Below are positions 11,470 to 23,850 of a stretch of DNA of 64,000 nucleotides, piece by piece. Origin of the DNA: Raillietiella orientalis. Its lineage: Eukaryota. The translations under genes were made by a program, and so were the position numbers. Under the pieces are notes generated by a model that saw nothing but the letters and a program-made list of their open reading frames with translations, made no database searches and was not told the DNA's origin. The stretch's first letter is position 1. Each line of letters starts with the position of its first letter. The DNA is taken from positions 11,036,001-11,100,000 of the forward strand of contig JAYWIR010000001.1 of assembly GCA_036172245.1 (NCBI GenBank), read 5' to 3'.

Positions 11470-12700
11470 GACCGGACTCATTCCTGTTGTCGTGAGCGGC
11501 CTCTTACGGAAGCCCACACACGGATCTCTAGTAGACGGAGCTGCGGAGGGAACTCAGTTCAATCCGAGAATACAAGAAGAAAAGCTCCTGAAGGTTCCGC
11601 GAACAAGGTTGGATTTTTCCGCATGCTACAGCAGCTGCGTCCTCTTGACCTTCGTAACTGTGGATCTCGCACAATCTCCCCTTCTGGACTCTTTCTCGAG
11701 TCCACAGGTCGTAAGGCGGGTGCATTTTCGGATGCACTGCGCACAGACACGGCGTCAGGAGATCCAAGGCGTCCGCGGCATTCTCACTGCCACCAGTGGG
11801 GCGCCTCTCCAGGAAGGAACCCTCTCCAGAGACCATTGCGCTCTTTTTTCCCGCTTCTGGAAATCAGGTGCACAGTGGAGGGACATCTCCGGCCGCTGGA
11901 GATGTAAACTGAACATCGGCAGAAGACTTCAGGAAGAGGAGCTGCATTCTCGAGGAAGATCCCTCAGGGATTCGAACACACTTCCCAAAAATTCGAGAGA
12001 TATTGAGGATCCACCCTCGCCCAGAGCTGGTCCAGAGAAAATGAACAGATCCTGCAAGCAAACGCGAAACTCGATGGCATGGATGGTGTGGCATGGATCC
12101 AGTAAAGGGATTGTTGACCGAACACCCTCGCTGTCTGCTTGAAGATATCGAGGAAGCCATCATGGCGGAAGGAACCAGCCTTCCTACCTCCCACCAAGTC
12201 GTGCGAAACGACTTGAGATATTTCTGGAAACAGCGAGGGACTGCGTACTCAATGCCTGTCCAGCAGGCCTCGAGAGTGGATGATGGACAACGTCATCACC
12301 TTACGGGAACAGAAAGAATTTCTCCCAGGCCCTTGGAGTAGTGCATGGCTCTACAAGTCTACGTACAGAGCTGGGCACCGATCCGAAGATCCGTGCATAG
12401 CTTTCATGGACCTTTCTTGTGCCCTCCGGTGCGGTTATGTATCAGAGGATGCAAGAGACCTTGCGAGAGGCAGAAGAAATCAAAGATGGTGATGCGCGGG
12501 ACAGCGGCAAGCTCTGCGGGGTTAGGTGCTTGACTCACGAGTGCTTACTGCTTCATGCAGTAGAGCAGGAGTCCCTCCCGGCCCCCCACTGTGGAGCCAT
12601 CACTACTTGCGGGGCGCTGGCCAACAAGGCTCTGAACAAATTGATTGGGAATTCCTGTGACGGATACGGTGGCATCCCGGGGAGTACAAACACCCCGGAA
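11470..12700 (+). mobile_element. Probable decayed LINE ORF2 remnant (end of APE endonuclease into start of RT)
   Basis: LVD...TRLDF resembles the APE C-terminus, followed by IEEAI...RYFWK and EDP..AF.DL segments in the order expected before the RT. Multiple stops and frameshifts. Confidence 0.35.
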
Positions 12701-12914
12701 ATCCCTTTCGGATCGATCTTTCCGTGGTGCGATCCTCCCGAGGAGGGGAGCAGGACAAGGGCTCAGAATCCGGTGGGCCGTGCGCTCTCCACCCGGAGCA
12801 CTGCGGATGCTCTGGAAGGCTCCCCTTTGAGCGGAATAAGGAAAAAGTTTCCTTCGGGGTTCCCTTCGTAGGCAACCAGAACGAGAGTTCCCTACCAAGC
12901 GTAAGAGGAACGGA

Positions 12915-13363
12915 TAGCAAAAATTCTGACAGGGAAATACCACAAAATCTATTGGAGTGATTACTAATTCTAAGCAAAAAGGATGCCCTATCGTCTGCTG
13001 ATGAGATATTGAAATACTTAAAGTTAATGTACAACGAATACAATTGGGAAGTAGAGATAAAAGGTGGAGAAAGAGAAGCGCATATCTTTAAGTTATTTCA
13101 GGGACTGGCAGACAAATATATATTTCCGCTTAGCATGCTTGACAGTAAGGAAATACTTGGTATATTGAGTTCTCTTGATGACGTAATTGACCTATCCAGT
13201 GGTGATTCATTTTTAAAGTCACAAGAAACTGAAATAAAGATTAAATCTCCGAGTGCACTTGCAAAAATAATAATAGACTATGGTAAAAAAGGTTTAACTC
13301 TGCAGAGATTTAAGGGTTTTGGCGAAATGAATGCCGATCAACTTTGGAAGACCACACTTAATC
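12915..13363 (+). pseudogene. gyrB: Horizontally acquired bacterial DNA gyrase subunit B C-terminal fragment (Wolbachia/Rickettsiales-like)
   Basis: Translates [24 protein letters not shown]...[28 protein letters not shown], matching the GyrB signature QR(Y/F)KGLGEMNxxQLWETTxxP. In-frame TGA at 12958-12960; L>F and E>K changes at conserved motif positions. About 34% GC by hand count of 12961-13320, against GC-rich flanks. No introns. Confidence 0.9.
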
Positions 13364-13536
13364 CTCCTTCCTCTGGAGCCTTCCAGGATTCATGGGGTTA
13401 CATACTAACCAGTTGCGTTAGGATGCACGGAAAACTCTCATCCGAAAGCACCGGAACCACGTTCTAGGCGGGCCTCATTGCACGCCGTCCCGCTTCCCGA
13501 GGGCTGCCTACGATTTTCGGATCGCGAATGCTTCTT

Positions 13537-14500
13537 TTCTTACCCGGTTGCTCCGCGACGTTTATTCACGGATGAACGAACCATCTGAGAACAGAGTTCC
13601 TAGGCAAAGGGACGAGAAGTTCGAGAGAGGGCTCCCCGAAACTCAGATCGGGCACACTGAAAGTCCAGGTACCTGAGGGAGGAGACAATAAATAAATACA
13701 AAAAGATAAGATGAGGTAGAGGACAGGGGTCTTTGGCTTCGGCTGTTCCTTCTCAGAACTGGAGCTGAATGCCAAAGATCTTCCTCACGCCTTCTTTGAG
13801 ATGAGGCCACCTAGCAGTGGTCCTGATGTTGCCATCTATGATTCTCTGTTGGGGTCGCTCGCGACTCCAACATGTGCTGGGCCATGAGGATGGCGCGGAT
13901 GCAACTGATCATTGCGATGACCGCACCTAGCATGAGGCGCGTGAAGCGGTACATGCCCCTCTGGTGCGGGAGCTCTGAATCCAGACTCCGCCACAGTCCT
14001 TGGAGTGCACTGCAGTCGAAGAGCAGCTGCAGGAGCGATTCCACTGCTCCGCACTTTCCACAGTTCGGGGAGACAACTCCCTCGGGCAACAACTCCAGGC
14101 GGCGGTGATCAGACGTGACGCAGCTGCAAGAGACCCCTCCCGAACCCGCCTCCAGCAGCGGTCTCGGCCCATCTCTGCATCTCTGCGAAACGAGAACGAG
14201 AAGCACTGGACTTCCACTTGCGGCTGGTCCCGGATATGCCGTTGTGACGGGAGCTGTCGAATTGCGAACTCATGTCACCGCCAGAGAGCACTTAGACCCT
14301 CTCGGTCGCTGCAAAGGGATTCCACACACTCCAGAGACGTCTCCAAAGGGATCGGTGCGCGCCGTCCTCGCGGGACAGTTAGGACTGCGAGCCACGATCG
14401 AACACTGTAGGATCTCTGGAAACCTCTGGAACCTTCGGCGAGATTCTGTGGAGATCCAAACTGCCATCCAGCGTCAGACGCGGGGACAGCATCTGCTGGA
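13537..14500 (-). mobile_element. Degenerate LINE (copy 3), same family as copy 1
   Basis: 3' UTR is colinear with copy 1 (GGACAGGGGTCTTTGG; CCTCACGCC) and shares the identical block ACAGTTCGGGGAGACAACTCCC. Peptide GVVSPNCGKCGAVESLLQLLFDC. May extend to ~15050 (MLLIRLAAQVLLYGAAP). Confidence 0.85.
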
Positions 14501-17500
14501 CGCTACTCGATCTACAAGAGGATTTGTGCCCAATAAACGAAAGGAATCCTTCCCGCACGGTGCTCTTCGATAGGCAGCTTAGGCACGCCGGTCCCGGAGT
14601 GAAGATGAAACACCAAGATGCGGGCTCGAGAACTCGAAGGGAATGGCTCGCAGGAAGCGTTTGAGATCGGAGACAAAGGCCTGCAAAGGCGTCAGCAGCA
14701 GGCAGGAATCTTCCAGATTCCTAGCGGAGCAACACCACTTGGCTCTCGTTTGCGTGCCAATGGTGTCCTTGTCCAGGTGAGCTTTGTCGAGGACAATCGA
14801 AGAAATGGTCTTGCATTCGTCTGCCGATAGACAGAGATCGAGGCGCTAGGTCCTCTGCAGCCGCTCTGTGAACGTCTCTATGAAGATCTCGGTCGCCTCC
14901 CCTCTCACGAAGTGAAGGTCTCGGATGAGAGTGGGCAGGAGCAGCTCCGTATAAGAGCACCTGCGCAGCAAGCCGAATAAGCAGCATTGGGAAGATGCCA
15001 GTATCGCTCTTTAACTCCTCGGCTACTTCACGCCTGGACCTGTCGAGCCACGAGTTTGCTCTTCCTAGTCGAAAACTTTTTCGGGAACTCGCTGCATGAG
15101 TAGATGAGCTTCCCGTAGGGTCATCAGGGTCTCCAGCACCTCCCGATTCACCACTGAAAGAGGACACCCGTCCGCACGCTCGAGGAGAGGAGGCTCCGGA
15201 GACGGAGCTCCAGCGCCGAACCTGAAGGAGGGAAGTTCGAGGTCGGATTTCCTTCAAGGGAGTTGCCTACTAACCCTGCTACCCAAGGGTCAGTCGAGGG
15301 GAATCAGGAAGAAGCGGGGGGTCAAATGGACGAGATTTGGTATGAGCCTAGATCCTCCGTCAGAAGAAACTCCAAGATGGAACCGCAGTCGACAGGGCGA
15401 AGAAACGCTGTGAATCCCCCTCTTCGTTCTTCTCATACACCCAAGGATTCCACGGAAGGGGATCCTCCCTGTCTAGGGAGGAGATCTCTGGCAGTGAAGA
15501 AGAGAAGACACCTAGCGGACAGAGCATGAAGGAACAGTGGGAGATGGGGGGGGCTCCGTCCCAAATCCTCCTGATCTCGAAGACTGGCTGATGCCAAGAT
15601 GATCTTGCACGTCTCGCTTGGCAACGCGGGCAGCCGCTCCCAGTCCCAATCCGAGGAACGGGAAAGGGTCTTCTGCCGCCCGGGATTCCATCGGTTCCTG
15701 CTGGACCACTTCGGATCGGCTACATGCTGCGTGGTTCCATCCAGTGGTTGCAAGGTTGCCGTGTTCTGCAGCCTTCCAGCTCGCAGGTACTGCCAGTTAC
15801 GGCCAGGTAATGCTCGGTCGGCAGCTCGTTCCCGGCTTTTTTTTTCCCCCTTCGGGAAGCAATCGTTTAATCAGAGCGAGGCGTAGGGAGCGCAGGGCGA
15901 GCGGGTTGCTCTCGAAGCGCGGTACTCGAAGTGGTTGAAGCCGGCGCAGGTGACGCCTTGGACTTCTGAAGCCATCAGGGCACCGAGGATGGGCAGATAG
16001 GCCTCAGAGATACACTTGATGGCGCTGGTTTGGTGTCTCCCTGCCCCCACGGTGATCGAGCCGAAAAAAGAACACCAAGACGCTTCCGATTCGGCAGTGG
16101 AGAAGTCACTGACCCTCCCGGGGATCCTGGACCCTCGTTTCGCTAACGGACTTGCCCCGAATTTCCCTTCTTGGCGGGACGTGGCTGAAGCGCAGGCTGT
16201 GAGGTCTGCAGTGGGTGTGAGGAGGGAGCGCTACATTATTCCAGAAGTTGGACTGGCAACCGCAGCCCTTTCGGTCCCTGCATTCCCTGAGGGAATTCGT
16301 TCGACGAGGCCATCCACGCAGCGAACCGCACCACCTTCTCCCAAGAGGGCAGCGTGTTCTGGTTATGCCCAGGACCCTGGAGACCCAGACTGATCCCAGC
16401 CTTTAGGATTCCTCTGATGACGCTTACGTCTTCCTGTTCAGAGATCATCGCGTCCAGGGCGCTTCCTCCCTCTTCATGCGGACTGATTCCGGGTCCTACA
16501 GTACCGCCGCCGCACCTCCGCCATGGCCAGAGACAACTCTCCCCTTACTCCTTCCAGGACCTAGGCTTCTCTGGAAGGAAATTGGAGCCCCCAGGTGCTG
16601 ACCGCGAAGATGTCTCTTGTCTCGGAAGTGAGGGTATGCAGGCTGACCTCTGCCGTGACCAGAACGCGAGGAAGACTTTTGCGACCAGGAGAGTTGGTCA
16701 CTCTGGAGACGGCAGGAGGAGAACGGCAACCTCGAGGTAGAAAAGTCGCCTTCCTCTTGAGCCTGAAACAACCACGGAAGCTGACCGGAGAGGATGAGAC
16801 TGCAACAGCCGCCCGCCGGCCACGAATCGACTTCCTGCGCTATTTTCGTTACGCGTAAGAACGCCTCTGCGTCGCCGGTGGCCTCGCTCGTCACCACTGG
16901 CTCCTCGGCACTTTCTCTCTTCCCCTCTCGACTACTGCTTGTTGACATTGCTCAATGAAGTGGATAAGTTTAGCTGCGTGGTCTTATTCCGTCCTGGTGC
17001 CTGCTCTTGCTTTGGCCTTGGCAAAAGTGGAAGGATCATCCTCCAGCCGAAGGGCGCCGGACTCTGCTGCCTGGTAGATAGGCGGACGCGAGCCCAGGTG
17101 GTGTTGGCGGAGGAGGAGGCGTTCTCCCCCCAGGAGACAAGAACTGGCCAGTCTGCGGACTTCCTCTCTGGTCCAAGAGGAACACTGGCAGCTCTGAGCA
17201 TGGTTGCCAGAGCGGACTTCATGACGCAGCCGATGGAGCTCTTCCACGCCAACATCTTCGTGCAGACGGCCATTCCAACGACACCCCGTACGAGCTCTCT
17301 GACCTCTTGTAGAGCCTCAAAAAACCCTTCCCTCGGAAAAGGGGGAGGGGGGCACACACGCTACGCTGCTCGGAACGCGAGCATCCCACTCGCGGAAACA
17401 CGCTCACTCGCAGTTCCCGCCATTTCTGTGGGACGTGGCGGGAGACGGGAACCTCATCATACAGCCCAGACGACGCTCCGATGCCCCGGAGAAGTTCTTC

Positions 17501-20100
17501 TTCTTCACGTTTGGATCAGATGCGACGTCTTTTCTTCGGTAGCGGCTCCAGTGCTCGCTCCACTCTCGGATGGCTCGGGATTCCAAGTCTTCCTTGACTG
17601 CAGAGGTGAGAATCCACTAGAGAGAGTCGAAAACGCTTTCTTCGGAGGCGAATAGGTGTGGGGAAAGGGTTGATGCGTGGGAGAAGGAAGGGTTACCGCT
17701 AGGAGGTGAAGATCTGGAAAAATTCTAGAAGAAAAAAGAAAACGGCAGATGTCAACTCGTGACCACTCCTCGGGGGGATGACCAGGCTAGGATGGATCCC
17801 TACAAAGGCCATCAACAATGCTTTGCCTGTCAGAGGCAATTTCAGGGTCCATAATGGGTATCCGGGTGGCACACCTCATGGCGAAGGCAAGAAAGAAAAA
17901 AGAAAAAAAAGGAACAGAGAGTTCCTGTTCCTGTTCCAGAGGCCGATCGAAGGAAGAGCTAGTTACTCCCAGGAGCGAAGAACGCGCTCTGCTTCGACGC
18001 AGAGAGAGTTCAGCAGCTCCCCAGACTCGACTCCGCGGAGCCAACCAGGAAACCGGCAAGAGCTGGCAGCAGCGAGGAGACGGCCGCGACCGATCCCGTG
18101 AGTGCACACTGTAAGTGGGAGCTTCCAGGCCGCGGTCGCAGAGCAGAAAGATCCCGGGTAATGGCCAGGCTGACGAAGAGAAAAGGCATGTGCAGACAGG
18201 CAGTCGTTGGCGCTACACGATGGCGTCACCGCCGGCCAGACAACCCGGACAAGAAGATTCAGTTAGCTGTGAAACCGTCGGTTCATCTCCGCGCGCAGCT
18301 CTTTCTTCCCTCGACTTCGTTGAGGGCGAGGAGACCGCGGAGCGGTCAAACGAGTCAAACGTCTGCTGAACCCCGGGAAACAAAGGCAATGAGAAACAAA
18401 ACAAAAGAAACAAGCAAATGACAAGACACTGGTGAAGGACGAAGGAGACCACTCGCACGGATCGTGGGAGAGCTCAAGTTGTTCGGCGGGGTAATCGGAA
18501 GCGAAATCCGATCCTCAGCTCGCGGAACGTGCAGATGAGTGAGTGATGTTTGGCATGGCAACGCGAGGATGTGCAGCGAGATAAATCCTCGTTTGAGATG
18601 ATGCACATGACGTCCCGAAATCGGAATCGCATGGATAGCAGCTTCGTTTCGGCTGGATGCTTGCATCCTCCCCCCCCCCCCCCCCAGACGGTTTTCCCTG
18701 ACGAAAGAGATGATTGCGGAAATCCTGAGGCAATTCAAAACGAACACGAGAGATGAGCCGTTCTCCACACTTGGACCCCCCCCCCCTCCTCTTTCTCGGA
18801 AGGCAGCGAACGCTCCTTGCACCGGCAGGGTGGTGCTTCTTGAGGCTGTGCCTGCAGCGGGGGGTTTGTAATAATGGGTGGGTGGGGGACCAAGATCACT
18901 TTTCAGGACGTAAGGCACAAAGCACGAATGCTTCCGGACCCATCGCTAAGAACTTGAAGGCAAAATTTCTTCAGAAAGTTCCGTTCGGAGACTTCAGAAC
19001 GACGACCTAGAAAATCCTTTCGCGCCGCTTGGGAGCGTTTCCGAACAGCCTTCCTCCGGGATGCCTGTAGACGTCTGAGAGCATGATGAGCGCTTGGAGA
19101 CAGGTACCTCCTCTTCCCGCGGGCTTCCGGCTCGTCGTTCGCGAGCGACGGTGTTGCGGTGTCCAAGACACAGTGCGTCGCGGTCCTTCCCGGTTCGTTT
19201 CTCGTCTGAACCCGTCCACGACAAGTTCAGGCCCTCGACACGCTCGCCGAGACGAGGGTTCGCGTCGCCAAAAGCATCTCCCTGCTCCCTCCTCCGTTTC
19301 CCTCCCTTTCTCCGTTGACGAAATTCCTCCTTGTCCACTCTCTTCCCTCTGTGAGTGTCTGAACACCAGAGGAAAGCTTCTCCCTGCCACTCGGGGCTAC
19401 GCGACCAGGAAGAGTCTTGTCGTGGCCTCGGTGAGAAAATTCGAAGATGCACCCGGAATTGGATTACCCGGCGTGGGCTGGGAAGGCGCGTGTGGTAAGG
19501 CGCACTGATCCGGGATCGTTGTACGGATGCCCGCCGTTCCTCACCGATTCCCGGACGGAGGATCCATGCTGATCAGCATGACGAGAAGAGCTGTCCCGGA
19601 AGTTGGATGGCGCCCCCAATGCCCGCCGTCGGTGCGCTGGAGACCGACACCTCGCTTCCCGCTTTTCGCACCGAAGGACCATGGAGGATTCTGGAGATTC
19701 CGTAACCGGGCTGCAGGTCGTCTTTCAGGGAGGAAGAAGGCGGGACGAATCTTGCAGCAGCGTCAGTGGCAGGTAGGCAGGCTGACGTCTGAGCTGGCTC
19801 AAGGCGGGTATTCGAAAAGGAAAAGCCAAAAATCGCAATTTGGGAAGTTCGCCCCTGACGTACACCCGTGGAAGGAAGGGGAGGGGGTGGATTTCTTCCG
19901 ACCCGTTCATGATTTGACGCGAGACAGCGTGGAGACCTCTCATCCAGAAATACAAGAAGCAAGGAAACGGCGCGTCTTGCCTCATACAGCACATCATGCC
20001 TCAGGAATTTTGTGTTAACGGCGAACACCTCCGATTTGCGGATTTATGCGTGCGGTACGAGGTGACCTACTTCCCGTTTCTCCGTGGCTTGCCGTGGTTG

Positions 20101-20256
20101 CGGGATGTGCGGAACGAGAATGCGGAAAGAACCCCCTCAGACACTTTGCCAACAATGAAAACGTTATCGAGGGACCACCTTGAAATGCCCTGAGGCGTGT
20201 TGGGAACCAGTTCGAACCCAGTTCTCCAGTGCAAAGAGAAGGTGAGAGCACCGGAC
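20101..20256 (+). repeat. ~150-bp dispersed repeat, second copy at 22166-22307
   Basis: AGAACCCCCTCA.ACACTTTGCCA.CAATGAAA...AAATGCCCTGAGGCGTG...ACCAGTTCGAACCCAGTTCTCCAG.GCAAAG.GAAGGTGAG.GCACCGGAC occurs in both copies. Confidence 0.85.
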
Positions 20257-21829
20257 GTCGCATGCCCTTTGGGTACTCGGGAGCAGCACGAAAAGAGGGA
20301 AGGCGAGGTGATGCGCAGGGCTGACGACGACAAGTCTCCCAGCTCGGTGGCAGGGAGAGAGTTCGTCGCCGGATCCCTGCGACCTCGGAATGCCACGGAC
20401 AAGGGCAACCTGCCGGAGAGCATGGCAGAGGCGACGGCGAGGTCAAATATCCACTGTCCCCGAGGTGTAGCGCGTCCGACACGCCGTGCATGTCACCGTC
20501 CGCGCTGGACGCAGTGCGGTCGACAGCCATCTGGAGGAGCGGTTGCGGAGGACGGGTTCCCCCTTCCGTCCGCTCGGGTCATCTCCCTCCACGCGGACGG
20601 AACCGGCAGCGAGTGGGCGGAAGCCACACTGGGAGGCGCAAACCTGGAGGGCGCCTGCTTCCCACCTGGACCACTCCGTCCGCTGCGACGGGGCTTCCGC
20701 GTCCGAGAAGCAGGCCGCCGGGAAAAATGCCGGTGGAGGCCGTGTCCTTCACCTCGCAGCTTTCGCGGCTGGCGGTCTTATGACGCCTGCAAGAGCCGGG
20801 GTCGACGGCAGTCGGGGGCCTCCTCCCTTCCTGTCCTTCCGCTTCCCACTTCCGGGACCACGGCGGCGTTGATTTTTGGTGGCGCGGCGCGACGTGCCTC
20901 CCACCTCTTGGCCGGGTTTGTTTCGCTTACGGATGCTTCCGGGTCGCGCCTAGGAGTGCGCGCCGACAGAACGGATCTGCTCAGCGCGTGGCACTGGCGC
21001 CTCCATGCCAGTGCACGCGTCTCTTGGACTGCCGTCACGCAGACTGAGCAGCCGGCCCACCTTCCATCCTCGAGATCCCTATCGTTCAGGAATCTGACGG
21101 GTGCCGTCGATTCCCACGTCGGTCCCGCTCCTACCCAAGGCGTGGCGCAGTGGGAACGCGGTGCAGGAGTGAAGGACCTGCCGGACAGGGAGGACGCAGC
21201 AGGGTGCAAAGCAGGAAGCGCTGCTTTTTCCTCATCTGGTGCGCGGCGGACCGGCCCTCGGAGTGGCGCGCGTCGAAGCCGCCGAACCTGAAAGCGCGCT
21301 GAAAGAAGCAGCTCGAGAGAAACCGCGGCCGGGTGCGGTTGAAGTGTCCAGCCGATGCGCGCCCGATGACAGCGAGCGGGACGAGTTGACGAGGGGGATC
21401 CCTGGAAGATCTCAACTTCGACGCCCTCCTTCTGCTGTATCCCTTTCCGGAGGGTTGACAAACGTCCAAAGTTGCAGGAAGATAAACAAGCCAGAGGTTT
21501 TCCCTCTCCTGAGTGATATTCGGCTGCTTTTATCTTCGTTTGCAGTGGAATGGAGAACCGACCGCGATCCACGCCGGTTCTCTTCTGGAAGTGACTTCGA
21601 GTCCCAAGCCATTTTTATTAGATCACGGCCAGACTCCATCACAGGTGGTTGGAGAGGCTTCCGAGTAAAATATGACAGGTCTCAAATCTCCCGTCTCGGA
21701 AAAGCGCGGCGTCCGGGTGAACCCGAGAAGCTTTGCAAGCTCGCTGACGTCAGACAAAACCCTGAGTCTGACAGAGGAGCACGTCGGCCAGCCTGGATGC
21801 GAAGAGGCTCTTCAGCCTTCGCTCGGCGG

Positions 21830-22680
21830 CCGCGTGACCACACTCCCTGCGCTCCTGCGCTTATCACCGAACGTCGCGGGTTCCGGATCCCCACTTGGAG
21901 GATCGACGCCAGAGAAACGGGCGCGTCGTGGGTTTCGAGTCCCCACCGCAAGATGACAGTGGATGGTCTATCCGGGTGCGGCAGCACTGCCAGAAACCTC
22001 CGCATGTCCCTGTTGAGTGGTCAGGATTGGAAGTCGACCCTCCGGGGTCCTTACAGTACATCAAGGAGTCCTTCTGAGTTTTTCCGCTCCGTTGTGAAGA
22101 TGGAGCTGTTATCATGGAACTGATTGAAACCCCTCTCGGGAATCTGCACCTTCAGAGTTTAAGAGGGGATGTGCGGAGAGAACCCCCTCAAACACTTTGC
22201 CAGCAATGAAACCGTGATCGAGGGCTCATCTTAAAATGCCCTGAGGCGTGATGAAAACCAGTTCGAACCCAGTTCTCCAGAGCAAAGGGAAGGTGAGCGC
22301 ACCGGACAGGATGTCACGAACAAGGATTTAAGGGGGCGCTGCTTCCTTCTAGGAGCGCCCTCCAAAGAAAATGGGAAGCATCCCTTCGGGGTTCTCTTCA
22401 GAGGAGGAAACCAGGAGTGTTTTTTTTGCAGGTGTCTTCCAGGGAAGAAACGAGGAGCGACTCACTCTGGGGAACCCTTCCGGAGAGAGTGGAGCTGCTT
22501 CGGAGCTACTTTCGTAGGGTGGAAAGTGAAGAGTTCCCTACCAAGCGTTAGAGGGAAGGACTCCTTCCCCCAAGGCCTTCCTGGATTCACAGGATGGAGT
22601 TTTTCCGGGATACCTTCTATAACTCGAAGAGTTCACACGTGCCCTCAGGTGGCGTAGACGGAGCTTTGTGAGCCCCCCTC
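21830..22680 (+). mobile_element. Near-complete copy of the tRNA-headed SINE-like family, with a nested 150-bp insert
   Basis: Head is homologous to 44090-44345; body is homologous to 8895-9340 and to 56380-56600 (-). Confidence 0.65.
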
Positions 22681-23619
22681 CAAGGAAGCGAACGGTTCTT
22701 CAACACTTGGAGGAGAAAAAAAAAAGGAACGCAGCGAAGACAGAAGACCTGTGCAATCCACTCCTGTGAAACTTCTGGTGCATTCAAATTCTGTTGGCAA
22801 GTGTCTGACAAAAAAAGAAGAAAAAGAGCCCAGCAGCCAGACGATTCACCACTCCGGGATCATTAGCGTCTGCGGTCTCCGAAGAGCTCGGCACGGCTCG
22901 AGTCGATTAACACTGCGTCTCTCTCCCTCGGCTCCTGGAGACGGTCGCTTCTCTTGCGTTTGCAGCTTCCAGTTGGCTCCGCGGCACCCGTTGGCTCCTT
23001 CGTCGCATTCTGTTCGATTGATTGAGGGGGGCTGAAGGGAGGGGGAACACCGTCCCGCTCGAAAATCCACCTGCAGGCTGCCTCGTCGCCCACTCAAGTG
23101 TGGATCGTGTTGCACGAGAGTGTCCACTCCGCCCTGCTTTTTCGATTGAGGTCACTCGTTTGCATCTTCAGCAAAAGATCCACGACTGCTTCCCCTCTCG
23201 GTTGCATCGGGAAATCTTTGAAGAGAACGCGAAGGTGCTGAAGTGGGGTACTCCGGAACTCACATCTCTTTCTCTCCGTCTGCATGACTTCTCCGTCTCT
23301 CCTCAGCGCTTGTTTCCGATTGCGGAACGCCCTCGCCAACTCAGAACCATCCCTTCACTGTCGCACTGGTGGTCCAGACTCTGCTTCCCACCTGCTGATC
23401 CTCTCGTGTGGGACCAAGACCGTGCGCGCTGGCGGTGGGAAATCTTCCAGCCTTCCAGTTGGAATGAATCGGTCGCGCGGGAATCGCCCGACCAGGCCAC
23501 AGTACCGAACTGACCCACGGGAAAGGCTGCGTTGAGGTCGTAGTTTCCATTACACTGTTAAAGAGCTTCCCTGAAGCATTGGGAGGTTGAAAAAGAAGAA
23601 GGCGACTCCGAAGAAAAAG

Positions 23620-23850
23620 GAAAGACTTGTCGTCCATGTGCCATGCCTATACAAGAAGATTCCCGGAAACAGGAAGCGGAAAAGACCTTGACAGTGTTGA
23701 ATTCAAAAACACGAAAAGCTTAATGGAACTGTGACAGAAAAGATAGAAAAATTCGCACTGTGCATTTTGAAACGTCGCAATAGTGGCAAAAAGAGTGAAG
23801 AAAGACTTGGCATCCTTATGCCATGCCTAAGAAAGAAGATTCAAGAAAAC
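23620..23850 (+). repeat. Two diverged ~50-bp direct repeats 180 bp apart
   Basis: GAAAGACTTG...TCC..TGCCATGCCTA...AAGAAGATTC...GAAA at ~23621 and ~23801. Confidence 0.7.

Noticed and set aside
18925-18934. CGAATGCTTC matching 13525-13534 as a possible TSD for a full-length LINE copy 3
   Set aside because: Only 10 bp, found post hoc, and no RT core or APE is recognisable in between.
20197-22123. Long ORFs of 364, 264 and 294 aa
   Set aside because: Low-complexity translations crossing repeat boundaries; expected by chance at high GC.
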